In this document: one piece after another, positions 19,209-30,417 of the stretch | How the letters are laid out: each line of letters opens with the position of its first letter | Position numbering within the stretch: position 1 is the stretch's first letter | Assembly: GCA_964538435.1 (NCBI GenBank) | Contig: CAZIDX010000003.1 | Coordinates: 15,948 to 79,947 of the forward strand | DNA length: 64,000 bases | Source: an uncultured Gammaproteobacteria bacterium | GTDB taxonomy: Bacteria > Patescibacteriota > Patescibacteriia > UBA9934 > GWF2-40-263 | Reading direction: 5' to 3' | The notes under the pieces: model-generated | What the model saw: only the letters and a program-made list of their open reading frames with translations | The model's database searches: none | Told to the model about the DNA's origin: nothing | Program-made: the position numbers and the translations under genes

Positions 19209-20516
19209 TTAGGCAGCGACCTTGAGCTCCCTGATGATGAGCTGCTCACGGTCAGGACCCACACCGATCATGGTGACAGGCACCCCTGTCATCTGTTCGA
19301 TTGTGCGGATGTAGAACTGAGCGTTCTGCGGGAGATCACCGAACGTGCGGCACCCCGTGATGTCCTCCTCCCAACCAGGAAGCTCCTGGTAGAGCGGCTC
19401 GCACGATTCCATCAGCTCGGTCGTGAGCGTGGCGTGATCACCAACCCTATCCATGTGGGCAAACCGCTGAAGATCCGAGCCAGCCATCTTGTAGCCCACG
19501 CAAACCTTCAGAGCCCCCAGGCCCGAGAGCACATCCAGCTTGGTGATGCACAACTCGCGAACCCCGCCCACACGCACACTGTAACGCAGCGCGAACAGAT
19601 CGAGCCACCCACAGTCACGCGGACGTCCTGTGGTCGAGCCGTACTCGTGACCACGATCACGCAGCTCCTGACCCACCTCATCGTCGAGCTTGGTCGGGAA
19701 CGGACCCGCACCCACTCGCGTAAGGTACGCCTTGGCCACAGCGATCACACGATCGAACTCGTAGACCCCCATGGACTGGGAAATACCACCCAGGGTCGTG
19801 GACGAAGACGTGCAGAACGGATTGGTTCCGTTCATCAAGTCGAGCAGGACACCTTGCGCACCCTCGAACAGAACATCCTTCCCCTCAGCCATGGAGCGCT
19901 GGAGGATCTCGCGTGTGTCCCCACGATGCATGTAGAGCACCTTGGCCCGCTTCATCACCCACGCCACCGTCTCATCGAGCGTCATGGGCACGATCTCAGA
20001 CCCGTCGAACTCCTTACACCGCGAGTTGTAGTACTCACCATGCTCGAGTGCGCGACGAATCGCAGCCTCGCTCTTGAGATCACGGATCTTCAGACCACGA
20101 CGCGCAACCATGTCCTCGTAGCACGGACCGATCCCACGATGAGTGGTCCCGATCTTATCCTTGCCCAACCGAGACTCACGCAGCTGGTCGATCTGCTTGT
20201 GAAGCGGAAGCACAACAGGGGCATTGAAATCGAGCACGACCTGAGCACCACGCTCAGTCGCAAGCACGAGTTCTTCGTAGACCACCTCCATGTCATGCGC
20301 CACGCCCGGCCCGGTCAGATTGAGAACACCCTTGCGGATGATCCCAGACGGAAGCACATGCAGAACGAACTTCGTATTGCCGACCCAGATGGTGTGGCCA
20401 GCATTGGCTCCACCATAGAATCGCACCACGATCTTGACGGCTCGAGCAAGCAGGTCAACGACCTTTCCCTTGCCCTCATCGCCCCATTGACCACCGAGCA
20501 CCACGTCACGAGACAC
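19209..20516 (-). CDS. purA: Adenylosuccinate synthetase
   Basis: QWGDEGKGK, GGANAGHT, IGTTHRGIGPCY, EGAQG, EYGSTTGRPR, TKLDVL, GVGPDR; SD AAGGAGG. Confidence 0.96.
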   Translation of the reverse strand: MSRDVVLGGQWGDEGKGKVVDLLARAVKIVVRFYGGANAGHTIWVGNTKFVLHVLPSGIIRKGVLNLTGPGVAHDMEVVYEELVLATERGAQVVLDFNAPVVLPLHKQIDQLRESRLGKDKIGTTHRGIGPCYEDMVARRGLKIRDLKSEAAIRRALEHGEYYNSRCKEFDGSEIVPMTLDETVAWVMKRAKVLYMHRGDTREILQRSMAEGKDVLFEGAQGVLLDLMNGTNPFCTSSSTTLGGISQSMGVYEFDRVIAVAKAYLTRVGAGPFPTKLDDEVGQELRDRGHEYGSTTGRPRDCGWLDLFALRYSVRVGGVRELCITKLDVLSGLGALKVCVGYKMAGSDLQRFAHMDRVGDHATLTTELMESCEPLYQELPGWEEDITGCRTFGDLPQNAQFYIRTIEQMTGVPVTMIGVGPDREQLIIRELKVAA

Positions 20517-20563
20517 AGATCACCTCCTTGGTGAAAGCTCCTTTCAGAAGAAGAGCCACGAAG

Positions 20564-20592
20564 ACCTTACCAACCCTCTATTTTTTAAGCAA
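20564..20592 (-). promoter_or_regulatory. Promoter of purA
   Basis: TTGCTT-N17-TAAGGT. Confidence 0.5.
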
Positions 20593-20795
20593 GATTAAAG
20601 GTCTAGATCTAAAAAACACCACATGTTATACTTAACCCACGAAAACTGCACCCATTTATTTCGGCCGTTTTCAAAGAAAAGCACGACTCTCGTGGGGATT
20701 GTCGTGCTTTTTGCTTTACCAAAGTCAAACTTCCAAAGTTCAACGTTCAAAGCTAGGCTTCGACAAAAAGAAATACCCCGCCCTTGCGGACGAGG

Positions 20796-21143
20796 CTAGC
20801 CTCCGAGCTGAGGCGGAAATACATGCTCGAAGTGTGGTCGGTACCGATAGTCTCGAATGACCGTCGGTTCTTTGTTGTTGGGACCCCAGAACAGAACCCT
20901 GTGCCACAAAGGTCGCGGCTGCGAGAGTCTCTGCCAGTAGGTCCATGCCACCTGGTTGCTCAACAGCATCGAGCCGCCGTGAAAGAACGCGTTCGCATCC
21001 GATCCTGTGAGCAGGTCGTACGCCCACTCATGATCCTGTGCGTACACACGCACCTGATGATCGATCACACGAGGCACCACGAACAGCAGTGTGAGCAAAC
21101 AGATGACAACACACCAGTCACCCACATTTCTCAGATATCTCAT
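20796..21143 (-). CDS. Hypothetical protein with N-terminal TM
   Basis: SD GGAGGAG, directly follows the 21158 gene. Confidence 0.55.
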   Translation of the reverse strand: MRYLRNVGDWCVVICLLTLLFVVPRVIDHQVRVYAQDHEWAYDLLTGSDANAFFHGGSMLLSNQVAWTYWQRLSQPRPLWHRVLFWGPNNKEPTVIRDYRYRPHFEHVFPPQLGG

Positions 21144-21157
21144 CTCACTCCTCCGGA

Positions 21158-21538
21158 TTACCGCAATCCGTAGCGGGTCGAGAATGGCGCGTCACTCGAC
21201 TCCGTACTCGGACACTCCTCTTGCACCACGCACTCGCAAGTGCATACCTCCTTCTCACGGAAGTAGACAAAGTAACCCGTGGTGGTTCCTTGACTGTCAG
21301 TGTTGTCGCTCGATATCGAAACGAGCTCAAGCTCGGAACGCTCTCGAAGAAACATCGAAAGCTTGTTCCCAAACGTGCTCTCGTCGCAGTTGAAGTAGTA
21401 GAGCCCATTGCCGTAATCGACAATGCCGCTGTCCGTACTGACCATAGCCAGATTGCTCGGATCACCAGCATCGTCACCCGGCGGGCACCCCACCAGAACA
21501 AATCCCAGCAGAACCACCAACATGATCACACGTCGCAT
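21158..21538 (-). CDS. Hypothetical lipoprotein
   Basis: MRRVIMLVVLLGFVLVG-C lipobox; SD GAGGAGGG. Confidence 0.65.
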   Translation of the reverse strand: MRRVIMLVVLLGFVLVGCPPGDDAGDPSNLAMVSTDSGIVDYGNGLYYFNCDESTFGNKLSMFLRERSELELVSISSDNTDSQGTTTGYFVYFREKEVCTCECVVQEECPSTESSDAPFSTRYGLR

Positions 21539-21574
21539 GATCCCTCCTCTCTCTCGCATAAAACACGAGATCCG

Positions 21575-21603
21575 ACTGTAGCTCAATCCCCCCTATTTGT
21601 CAA
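21575..21603 (-). promoter_or_regulatory. sigma70 promoter
   Basis: TTGACA-N17-TACAGT. Confidence 0.7.
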
Positions 21604-21659
21604 CCACAAAACCACGCCCGAAGACGTAGTTTTGTGTGCTGTTTCTATCAGCTAATCTT

Positions 21660-23381
21660 TTAGATAGTCTTTACATCCTCACCAGATTCCACATGACTTC
21701 CTGATCCATAAGACCAAAGAGTTGTGGCATTCACCTCAACAATCCCGATGTTCCAGTCATCTCCGAAGATCTCACCGGCAGCAGTCTCAGAGGTAATCCA
21801 ATGAAGTTTGTAATCAGATCCTACTACGTATACACGCGGTGAGGTCGCAGCCTTCACACGTGTTCCAGGAGCGAACTTGAGGTCACCCTCAAATTCGTAA
21901 ACACTGAAGTATGCATCAATTGTTGCATCGCTTACTTCATTCATCTGGTCCCATGAACTAAACCATGAGAAGTAGACATTCTCGTCAGGAACAAGCCACA
22001 TTTGGCTGCCACTAACAAGATATACGTCTGCAGATGAAGCTGATGTATACGCCTCAACATCAGCGCGCTCAAGGTCAAGAAGAGGAAGGAAAGTTACCTG
22101 ATAGGTAGCTCCGTCATCTCCAACCCAGTAGGCATGATCAATATCGCTAAGGTAGACTGGCTCATCACCAAACCCAACGTTCATAAGAAACTTTGTTGTC
22201 TGGTTCTCATACCAAATGTCTCCATTAGCATCGATTCCAACAAGGATATCCTCGTTTGAATCGGTAACATGATAGGTTCGGGTTTCCCACTCACCAGTTG
22301 CAAATGTGTAAGAAACATACTCACCCGCATCATTCTGGAAGTAGATCGCATCACTCTCAAGGGTAAAACTACCGTAAAGAGCAACACCGAACTTTGACAC
22401 ACCTGAAAGATCACGAACATAAAGCCCGTTCTCATCATCGATGTATGCCATGTAATCTCCAATCGTCTGCACAGCCTCATCAGCTGAATCTGCAAACCAT
22501 GAAAGATATGCGCCACCAGCCTCTACAGGAACCTCGTCAACTGACGGGTTATAACTGAAGAGCTGGTAGTTCTGGAAGTAGTACACTACGCCATCAGACG
22601 TAAAGTGTGCACCAAGAATCTCGCCTGGCTCCTCAGTCCAAGTCTCAGGAATCGCTTCCATCTGACGTGCGGTCTGATCAATAAGCCAGAGCTGCTCAAA
22701 GCCTCCAGAGAACTGGAACTTCACAAGAGCGAGTCCGTCTTGAACGTCCTCAATCTCCTGCCAAGGAGCAGTGAGAGTGTAAGTGAAGTCGTCGCGCTCA
22801 TATCCGGTTTCAAGATCGAAAACAGAAAGCTGAGCCTCAACCTCACCTGTTCCATCCTCTGCTACGAGGACAGATGTATAAATCCGATCACCATCTGTAG
22901 CAAAGGTCATGAAAGAAAGATCAGAGTCATTTCGATCAATCACCATAAGCTCGCCAAGCGAACCTGTAGCTGGATCAAACTCATAGATCGTTCCCCAATC
23001 AACATTGTCTTCAGTTGGAACACGGAAGATGAATCGGTCATCCTGAGCAGTGTGCCAGAAGTCCGATGTGATAGTGTCACTAACACCCTCCACTGTGAGC
23101 TCCTGCCCATCAGAGAGAATGGTGACATCAACCAAGTTGCAGTTACCCTCGTCCTCACAAGCATCTGAAATCTCCGTCACAAACGTTACGTCTGCAAACT
23201 GATAAATCCCATCAGCATTGTCGAGCTCGAGGCGCTGAACCTGGTAAAAATCGTAATCCCAAGCAGCTTCAGCCATGGTGTTTGACCATTCCCCAGAATC
23301 TGCAAACGCAGAAGGAAGAAACGGACTCACCAAGACTGCAACTGCGATTGCAATCACGAGAGGTTTCTTAAGTGTTGTCAT
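21660..23381 (-). CDS. Secreted acidic beta-rich surface protein
   Basis: Signal peptide; C-terminal VKAATSPRVYVV...LHWITSETAAGEIFGDDWN motif, which I recall from CPR surface proteins; promoter TTGACA-N17-TAATAT at 23431..23459. Confidence 0.8.
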   Translation of the reverse strand: MTTLKKPLVIAIAVAVLVSPFLPSAFADSGEWSNTMAEAAWDYDFYQVQRLELDNADGIYQFADVTFVTEISDACEDEGNCNLVDVTILSDGQELTVEGVSDTITSDFWHTAQDDRFIFRVPTEDNVDWGTIYEFDPATGSLGELMVIDRNDSDLSFMTFATDGDRIYTSVLVAEDGTGEVEAQLSVFDLETGYERDDFTYTLTAPWQEIEDVQDGLALVKFQFSGGFEQLWLIDQTARQMEAIPETWTEEPGEILGAHFTSDGVVYYFQNYQLFSYNPSVDEVPVEAGGAYLSWFADSADEAVQTIGDYMAYIDDENGLYVRDLSGVSKFGVALYGSFTLESDAIYFQNDAGEYVSYTFATGEWETRTYHVTDSNEDILVGIDANGDIWYENQTTKFLMNVGFGDEPVYLSDIDHAYWVGDDGATYQVTFLPLLDLERADVEAYTSASSADVYLVSGSQMWLVPDENVYFSWFSSWDQMNEVSDATIDAYFSVYEFEGDLKFAPGTRVKAATSPRVYVVGSDYKLHWITSETAAGEIFGDDWNIGIVEVNATTLWSYGSGSHVESGEDVKTI

Positions 23382-23489
23382 AGCTTTTTTGGCTGAAACG
23401 CCTTACTTTTTTACGCTAAACTAACGGCAAATATTAGCATAAATTGGTCATTTTGTCAAGCAGACATAAGACTTTTTGCACTAAAATTA

Positions 23490-23857
23490 GCACAAAACGA
23501 AGACCCCCGCCGCAAGGCTAAGGGGTCCGTATCGTTGGCTTACAAGCCTATTACTTGATTCCCATTGGGTCGTTCTGTGTGGTTGGGTTCCTGATGAATC
23601 AGGCCTTAAGGCACGCCCGTTAGGACTGTTTTGGCTTGTTTTGTTCCGGAAAAACCTCCGGTTGGGGCTGTGCCGCCAGTAGCGACACGAGATCGGGCAG
23701 TGGCTCACTAATGGAAGAGCCGAATCGTCACTTGCACCTCCATGCCATCATTGGCGGGGCGACGAGAGGGAGAGAGATCGGGTTGACGGGCATCAGAGCC
23801 CTACACGCCTACCCTGGACGCCAATGGCTCGCAGCCGGGCGCTTCTGCAGGACAGGA
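23490..23857 (-). ncRNA. Candidate structured ncRNA (~370 nt), family unknown
   Basis: Promoter at 23863..23891, terminator-like hairpin at 23492..23530, no SD-led ORF, many hairpins. Confidence 0.5.
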
Positions 23858-23862
23858 GAAGT

Positions 23863-23891
23863 AGTCTAGCACAAAATGACACTTTTGTCAA
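23863..23891 (-). promoter_or_regulatory. sigma70 promoter facing a non-coding unit
   Basis: TTGACA-N17-TAGACT with extended TG. Confidence 0.7.
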
Positions 23892-23954
23892 CCATGCCAG
23901 ACAGTAATCGAAAAGCCGCCAGCATCGTTGCTAGCGGCCGTATGGGACTTGGGT

Positions 23955-24422
23955 TCAGGTACCAGAGAACCTTCTTGTGGTCTCCACCCTGAACACATCG
24001 ACCCCCTTCAAGGTCTCACACACACTCCCCACAAACTCCCTGTCGCGCTGCGGGAGGCTTTGCACCCCCTGAGACCTCTTGACGATCTCTTCGAGGAAGA
24101 ACGAGGTGTTTCGCTGGTGGACATACATCGACTCAGCAGAGATCCTGATGATCCTGCTTTTGAATTCACCCAGCACCTCATCGAGCTCGAGGAGGGTTTC
24201 TTCCAGAAGCTGCAGGGTCTGAAGACCATCATCTCGGTTCGAATCCAGAACCTTGGTCCAGGACCAAAGCACATCAGAACTCGATCCCCGACAAAGCTCC
24301 AGTCCAACAGTCCGCTCAGGATCAGATCCAACTCGCTCGATCCTCAAGGTCCAGTTACCTTTTGGATCTGGATCACCACCCGCCTGCCTCAGTACCTGTA
24401 GGTTATCCTTGAGTGAACTCAT
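23955..24422 (-). CDS. Hypothetical protein (GC-rich unit)
   Basis: Start MSSLKDNL after AGGAAGGA; promoter TTGACA-N17-TAGGTT at 24469..24497. Confidence 0.6.
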   Translation of the reverse strand: MSSLKDNLQVLRQAGGDPDPKGNWTLRIERVGSDPERTVGLELCRGSSSDVLWSWTKVLDSNRDDGLQTLQLLEETLLELDEVLGEFKSRIIRISAESMYVHQRNTSFFLEEIVKRSQGVQSLPQRDREFVGSVCETLKGVDVFRVETTRRFSGT

Positions 24423-24546
24423 CTTCTCGTCCTTCCTGCGCCATCTCTGCAGCGCGTGTCGAGAATCGAACCTAACACAAACACACCACCATGTCAATAG
24501 CAACAAACAAAAAAACGCGCACAGTGCACGCACGTTTTCTTATCGA

Positions 24547-24960
24547 TTATTTCTGCTCAAGCCATTCTCTTGCATCTGGTACCGAGTCAAAAATCTTCAT
24601 CACCCCTTTTCTCCCAACAAGATGCGCAATAAAATTCCCAAGAGCCTTAAGTGCAACACTCCCTCCAGCTACGGCAATATGCCCAAGCCTATCATCCTTA
24701 CACATTTCAATGTACTTATCTCTTGCCGCATGAGCCGTGAACGTCACATTGTCCAAGCGCACAATATCGAAAAGCAAATTCATTTGCTCAAGCTCAGACT
24801 CATCAAGAATCTCTTTCACTGCATCATGCACATACCCAGCAAGCCACTCCTGCTGTTCACTATTCCCATCTTTTAAAAACTCAACAATAATCAAATCGTT
24901 TTCACGATTGATAGAAATGATTTCTTTTAACTCTTCCTGTGTAGGCTCTGTCATACACAA
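24547..24960 (-). CDS. SpoIIAA-like/STAS-SEC14-type small protein
   Basis: LLFDIVRL...ARDKY...HIAVAGGS...MKIFDSVPDAREWL pattern. Confidence 0.65.
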   Translation of the reverse strand: MCMTEPTQEELKEIISINRENDLIIVEFLKDGNSEQQEWLAGYVHDAVKEILDESELEQMNLLFDIVRLDNVTFTAHAARDKYIEMCKDDRLGHIAVAGGSVALKALGNFIAHLVGRKGVMKIFDSVPDAREWLEQK

Positions 24961-25067
24961 ACCATTCTACACCAACCCGAAATCAAAAAACAGGCCATGC
25001 GACCTGTTTACTTCATACCAAAACGAGGTGAGCGAGAACCTGCTTGTGCCAGACGGTCGAGCGACCC

Positions 25068-27899
25068 CTACTTCAGCACATCTTTCAAATACCCTCCCGT
25101 AATACTCTCCTTTGCCTTCACAATCTCCTTTGGAGTCCCTTCTGCAACAACGATTCCACCCTTCATTCCACCTTCAGGCCCCATATCAATCACCCAATCA
25201 GCTCCCTTAATCACATCCAAATTGTGCTCAATGATCACAACCGTATTTCCCTTGTCTGCCAAAAGATGCAGTACACCAAGAAGTCGCTTAATGTCATCAA
25301 AGTGCAGTCCTGTTGTTGGCTCGTCCAAGATGTAAAGCGTGCGACCTGTTGCGCGACGAGAAAGCTCAGTTGCAAGCTTCACGCGCTGAGCCTCACCACC
25401 TGAAAGCGTGGTTGCTGGCTGTCCAAGCTTGATGTAGCCAAGACCAACTTCGTGAAGCACATTAAGCTTTTCAAAAATCGCTGACTGATCCGCAAAGAAG
25501 CGCCGTGCTTCCTCAACCGTCATAGCCAAGATGTCAGCAATGTTCTTTTGCTTGTAATGGATCTCAAGCGCCTCTGCGTTATAGCGCGTTCCACGACACT
25601 CAGGACATTCAACGTAAACGTCAGGCAAGAACTGCATCTCAATTCGTCGCATTCCTTCTCCACTACACGCCTCACAACGTCCGCCGCCTTTCACGTTAAA
25701 ACTAAACTTCCCTGCATCAAACTTCCGCATCTTTGCCTCAGGCACCTCTGTAAACAAATCTCGAATCGCCGTAAACACTCCTGTGTACGTTGCTGGATTC
25801 GATCGTGGCGTGCGCCCAATCGGAGACTGATCCACAGCAACCACCTTATCAATATTCTCAACCCCCTTAATAGCCTTGTGCTCACCAGGATAGGTCTTTG
25901 CGCGATAGAACTTCTTTGAAAGCGCCTTCCCCAAAATATCAAGGATGAGCGTAGACTTCCCAGAACCAGACACACCTGTCACGCACACAAGCTTTCCAAG
26001 AGGAATATCAACATCAATGTTGCGCAAGTTAAAAGCATTTGCACCCTCAACGGTAATCTTCTTTCCACTTCCCTTTCGATATTTCTTTGGAAGCGGGATA
26101 CTCTTTTTTCCAGTCATGTACTGACCAGTGAGCGAGTCTTTGTTGTTTTTAATCTCATCAGTCGTTCCTTCTGCAACCACCTGCCCACCATACTCTCCTG
26201 CTCCAGGGCCGATATCAAACACATAATCAGCAGCCTGAATCATTGCCTCATCATGCTCCACAACAATCACAGAGTTTCCAAACTCCTTAAGCTTCTGAAT
26301 CGTCTCAATAAGCCGATCATTGTCTCGCGGGTGAAGCCCAATCGACGGCTCATCCAAAATATAAATCACCCCAGAAAGTTGAGACCCAAGCTGTGTTGCA
26401 AGTCGCACACGCTGAGACTCACCACCTGAAAGCGTCATTGCACTTCGATCAAGCGTGAGGTACCCAAGTCCAACCTGTGTGAGCTGCTTAATACGCGCGC
26501 GCACTTCCTTTGAAACACGATCAACCACAAGCTGCTCATCATCCGTCAGCTTCACCTCTTCAGTTCCAAGCGTTGCAAAAAGCTCTCCAACATCCTCAAC
26601 CGGCATATTCACAACATCAGCAATCGACTTGTCATGAATGGTAATAGCAAGCACTTCTGGTTTAAGACGATGCCCTTTACAGGCAGGACAAGTCATGCGA
26701 CGCATAAAGCCCTCAAGCTCACTGCGCACATACTCACTATCTGTCTCACGGTACTTCTGCTCAAGCTGAGCCAAAATACCAGGAAATGTCTCGGTCTTTC
26801 CGTTTAGCGTATATTCCTCATCCCCTGTTCCGTAAAGCACGATATCAAGCTTTGCCTTTGCAACTTTATCAATCGACTTATTCATTGGCACACGATGCTT
26901 CTTTCCAACAAGCTCCAACATTCGCTGATAACTCGTTTGATTTCCCGCAATGCGCGTCCACGGACGAATAGCTCCTTCTGCAAACGTAAGCCTCTTGTTT
27001 GGAATAACAAGATCTGGTTCAAGCACAAGCTTCTCTCCAAGCCCCATACATTCGGTGCAAGCACCAAACGGTGAGTTGAAAGAAAACAAACGTGGCTCTG
27101 GTTTTGGGAGATTCAGGTTGCATGCTCCGCACATGAAACTCTGCGAAAGTGTAAACTCATCTCCATTTTCATCATTCACAACCGTAACAAACCCATTCCC
27201 GTAATCAAGCGCCTTCTTCACCTGCTGCGTTACCTGCTCTGTTGAATGCTCCACACCTCCAGCGAGTTCAAAAATAAGCACATCAACATCATGAGGCTTC
27301 TTCTTGTCTCGACGAATATTCATCCCCTCTTCTGTATCAGTGACCAAACCGTCAAAACGAATGCGAGTGAACCCAGCATTAAGCGCAGCCTTAAGCACAT
27401 GCTTATGCTCACCCTTTTGCTGATGCACCATTGGAGCAAAAAGCTGAATCGCATCCTCTCCAAGCTGCGCCTCAACCTTCTCTACAATACTTGCAATCGT
27501 CTGCTCACGAACAACCTGACCACAGCCAGGACAATGAGGACGACCAGCGCGCGCAAAAAGCACACGCAGAAAATCATAAATCTCCGTCACGGTACCCACA
27601 GTAGAACGAGGGTTGTGTGACGAAGATTTTTGGTCAATAGCAATCGTTGGTGAGAGCCCAAGGATCTCATCAACATCTGGTTTATCTTGTAGCTCTAAAA
27701 ATTGTCGAGCATAACTCGAAAGCGACTCCATGTAGCGTCGCTGCCCCTCAGCAAACACTGTGTCAAAAGCAATGGATGACTTTCCTGATCCTGATAGTCC
27801 AGTAACTACGACAAGCTTGTTCTTTGGAATATCAACGTCGATATTTTTCAAGTTGTGCACGCGGGCACCTCGAACCGAAATGAAATCTGATGATGACAT
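25068..27899 (-). CDS. uvrA: Excinuclease ABC subunit A
   Basis: GARVHNLKN, two Walker A motifs ([18 protein letters not shown]), [16 protein letters not shown], Zn fingers. Confidence 0.98.
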   Translation of the reverse strand: MSSSDFISVRGARVHNLKNIDVDIPKNKLVVVTGLSGSGKSSIAFDTVFAEGQRRYMESLSSYARQFLELQDKPDVDEILGLSPTIAIDQKSSSHNPRSTVGTVTEIYDFLRVLFARAGRPHCPGCGQVVREQTIASIVEKVEAQLGEDAIQLFAPMVHQQKGEHKHVLKAALNAGFTRIRFDGLVTDTEEGMNIRRDKKKPHDVDVLIFELAGGVEHSTEQVTQQVKKALDYGNGFVTVVNDENGDEFTLSQSFMCGACNLNLPKPEPRLFSFNSPFGACTECMGLGEKLVLEPDLVIPNKRLTFAEGAIRPWTRIAGNQTSYQRMLELVGKKHRVPMNKSIDKVAKAKLDIVLYGTGDEEYTLNGKTETFPGILAQLEQKYRETDSEYVRSELEGFMRRMTCPACKGHRLKPEVLAITIHDKSIADVVNMPVEDVGELFATLGTEEVKLTDDEQLVVDRVSKEVRARIKQLTQVGLGYLTLDRSAMTLSGGESQRVRLATQLGSQLSGVIYILDEPSIGLHPRDNDRLIETIQKLKEFGNSVIVVEHDEAMIQAADYVFDIGPGAGEYGGQVVAEGTTDEIKNNKDSLTGQYMTGKKSIPLPKKYRKGSGKKITVEGANAFNLRNIDVDIPLGKLVCVTGVSGSGKSTLILDILGKALSKKFYRAKTYPGEHKAIKGVENIDKVVAVDQSPIGRTPRSNPATYTGVFTAIRDLFTEVPEAKMRKFDAGKFSFNVKGGGRCEACSGEGMRRIEMQFLPDVYVECPECRGTRYNAEALEIHYKQKNIADILAMTVEEARRFFADQSAIFEKLNVLHEVGLGYIKLGQPATTLSGGEAQRVKLATELSRRATGRTLYILDEPTTGLHFDDIKRLLGVLHLLADKGNTVVIIEHNLDVIKGADWVIDMGPEGGMKGGIVVAEGTPKEIVKAKESITGGYLKDVLK

Positions 27900-28004
27900 A
27901 AGAAAAAAGGCTGAAGAACAAATGCGCTCCCGAGCCTATCATGTTTTCTTCTTATCGTCAACGATTGGATCTACCCAATACAAAAACAGGGCTCTTCGAC
28001 CCTG

Positions 28005-29627
28005 TTATTTAACCTTTACTCCATACCTATCTAAATAATCACTAGTTCCTCCATTAGCTTTTGAGCCAGAATTCACACAGTCATACTTTAATGAAAAATC
28101 TCCAAGACCAGCCACTAAAAACGCCCCTGCCTCAACAGCAACACAACTTTCCTCAGGCGGATGCGCATTACAAGGATCATCTTCACACAACGTCTTCAAA
28201 TCCATTTCTGTAGGAAATATTGAAGGCTCCAGATCGTCCATTTTAAATGACTTGTACCCCGTTGTTACCTCTACGGAATCATAGTCTCTACACGATCTCA
28301 CATTTGGACAATCAAGTTTGTACTCCGCACAAACACCATCAATGACAGCCTCTGCTGTTTCAGCAGCAATTTTCGCCCCCTCGGCTGCAGCAAGAAATGG
28401 CCCTGCAACAGGAACAAGTCCCCATCCATACATCTTGAACGCATCAGTCCAACCAACAATCGCTTTTGGATTTTGTGTTTTAAAACACTCATTACGTTGA
28501 TCAAGAACCTGATGTCCTCCAAATGATCTCTGGGTGTCTGCAAGAGAAAAAGAGTCACACACGGACGAAGAGGCTTTTATAGGAGTGTCTTGCCCCGCAA
28601 TAATATCCGTACATCTTGCGCACTGCGCATCAGCACCAGAACCCACACACCGATAAACATCATCTCCCTTTTTCTGACAATAATCATAGGTACACGTCGA
28701 TCCCTCAATCATGTCATTTCCTTCCCAATCTTTATCTACCTTAGCAACAGACCCACACTCCTTTCCGTTTGAATGCTCAGAAAGTATATAAGGCTTCCCA
28801 CCCTGTGGCGGAGGTGAATTCGAGTTAAAAGGTGAAATGAGTGGTGCACCATAATACGTATGATAAACCGTGCTTCCCCACTCTCCAGTCAAATACCCAC
28901 AACTGCTTGTTGGATCCACAAGCTGAACCTGTCGAATCATCGGGAACTTTGGCACTGTTAAATTAAGCAGATTCGGATTAACGGTATGCAAAATGAGCCA
29001 AGTGCTAAAAAGAAGCACAAGTCCTACTACTGCATTTTTGATTCGCTTTTTCGCATTTGCTGTATCACCATGCCCAGCCGCAACCGCATACTGCAAACCA
29101 CCAATCATGATAAACACAATCGCAATAAACCCAGCTATCCCAACAAGCCAAGTATATGCAGTATTTATGTACTCTCCATAATCGTTTGTTGAAGTCAAGT
29201 TCCCCACCTGGACCTGAAGAGTTGTTTTCTCACCCGCAGTCGCTGGATAACAATAGTACCAACCAGGCAGACATTCGGGTGGTTGAAACTTTGTATCAAG
29301 CTCTCCCCCCTGCCCCTCACAACTGCCATCCTTTCCATCTTTCCCTGGAGCAAAACAAAGTGGATTCATTGATGGAAGCTGAGTAGTGTCAAACGCACAA
29401 ACATTCACCGTAGAATCAGCAGCACGGCAAAGATCATAACAGTCAGAGCTGACAACTTTCGTTTTAGCATCAGGGTATTGCGTTGCCCCCTGCCCCTCAA
29501 CAGAGCAATAACAATCACATGTCCGCTCCTCCGCACTCACAACCTGGGCAAAAGAAAAAAACACCAGCGCTGTCACAAACAACACTGCTGCAATTTTGAA
29601 AACGTTTATTGTGCGCGTGTTCATCAT
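28005..29627 (-). CDS. CPR pilin (TrbC/VirB2-like) domain protein with Cys-rich flanking domains
   Basis: [18 protein letters not shown]...[15 protein letters not shown]...[11 protein letters not shown]; many Cys. Confidence 0.8.
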   Translation of the reverse strand: MMNTRTINVFKIAAVLFVTALVFFSFAQVVSAEERTCDCYCSVEGQGATQYPDAKTKVVSSDCYDLCRAADSTVNVCAFDTTQLPSMNPLCFAPGKDGKDGSCEGQGGELDTKFQPPECLPGWYYCYPATAGEKTTLQVQVGNLTSTNDYGEYINTAYTWLVGIAGFIAIVFIMIGGLQYAVAAGHGDTANAKKRIKNAVVGLVLLFSTWLILHTVNPNLLNLTVPKFPMIRQVQLVDPTSSCGYLTGEWGSTVYHTYYGAPLISPFNSNSPPPQGGKPYILSEHSNGKECGSVAKVDKDWEGNDMIEGSTCTYDYCQKKGDDVYRCVGSGADAQCARCTDIIAGQDTPIKASSSVCDSFSLADTQRSFGGHQVLDQRNECFKTQNPKAIVGWTDAFKMYGWGLVPVAGPFLAAAEGAKIAAETAEAVIDGVCAEYKLDCPNVRSCRDYDSVEVTTGYKSFKMDDLEPSIFPTEMDLKTLCEDDPCNAHPPEESCVAVEAGAFLVAGLGDFSLKYDCVNSGSKANGGTSDYLDRYGVKVK

Positions 29628-30361
29628 AGCTCTTCCTGAGCCGCCAGAGCTTGTGCCATAAGATCAAGCACCTCTGCTGGAATCGCTCCTGGAATGCGGT
29701 TGCCGTTAATAAAGAAGGTTGGTGTTCCGCGCACACCAGCTTCTGTTCCAGCTTCAAAATCCTCCATCACCTCGTTTTCCATTTCACCGGACTCAAGACA
29801 GGACCTGAACTTAACAATATCAATATTGAGCTGCTCAGCCAGCAAGTAAAGCTCTTCCTCATCTAAGTCGCTTTGGTTCTGATAAAGCTTGTCATGATAC
29901 TCCCAAAACTTTCCCTGCGCATGCGCACACTCCCCTGCCTGAGCAGCAAGAAGGGCGATTGGGTGCAGCTCAAGAATTGGAAAATCGCGATACACGTAAT
30001 ACACATCGTCTGGATATGTCGCTGCTAGTTCACGCAGTGTTGTGCTTGTCTCCTTTGAGTATGGACACCCAAAATCTGCAAACTCCACAATCGTCATTGG
30101 CGCCCCAAGCTTTCCAAGCGAAGGGTCATCTGCTGAAACCACATCAATCTCACCTTCAGGAAGCGAATTACTTGTCAGTGATGCGTTTGTTGAAAACGCA
30201 CCAACGGATTGCAAATCCAAATCATCTGTTTTCCCTGTCTTGATAGCGTCCACATAAAAGAGCACACGAAAAACAAAAAGGCCTGCCACCACAAGCATGA
30301 CAATAGTTACGATCGTTGCGAGCCAATTACGATCTTTGTGAATCTGCGCGTCAGTTTTCAT
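29624..30361 (-). CDS. Membrane-anchored DsbA-family thiol-disulfide oxidoreductase
   Basis: EFADFGCPYS (CxxS), YRDFP, GVRGTPTFFING. Confidence 0.9.
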   Translation of the reverse strand: MKTDAQIHKDRNWLATIVTIVMLVVAGLFVFRVLFYVDAIKTGKTDDLDLQSVGAFSTNASLTSNSLPEGEIDVVSADDPSLGKLGAPMTIVEFADFGCPYSKETSTTLRELAATYPDDVYYVYRDFPILELHPIALLAAQAGECAHAQGKFWEYHDKLYQNQSDLDEEELYLLAEQLNIDIVKFRSCLESGEMENEVMEDFEAGTEAGVRGTPTFFINGNRIPGAIPAEVLDLMAQALAAQEEL

Positions 30362-30417
30362 AATTCGTCCTCAATGTATAAAAAGTATATCATAGGGAGA
30401 GGTAATCAAACACGTTT

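Noticed and set aside
19209-20516. PurZ (2-aminoadenine synthesis) instead of PurA
   Set aside because: The motif is QWGDEGKGK with the PurA catalytic Asp. PurZ has Ser at this position, and no dATPase or phage polymerase is nearby.
19173-20534. 453-aa plus-strand ORF
   Set aside because: It is the antisense shadow of purA caused by codon bias.
23490-23857. tmRNA, SRP RNA or 6S RNA
   Set aside because: No tRNA-like 3' end or tag frame, no SRP helix-8 motif, and not a single long rod.
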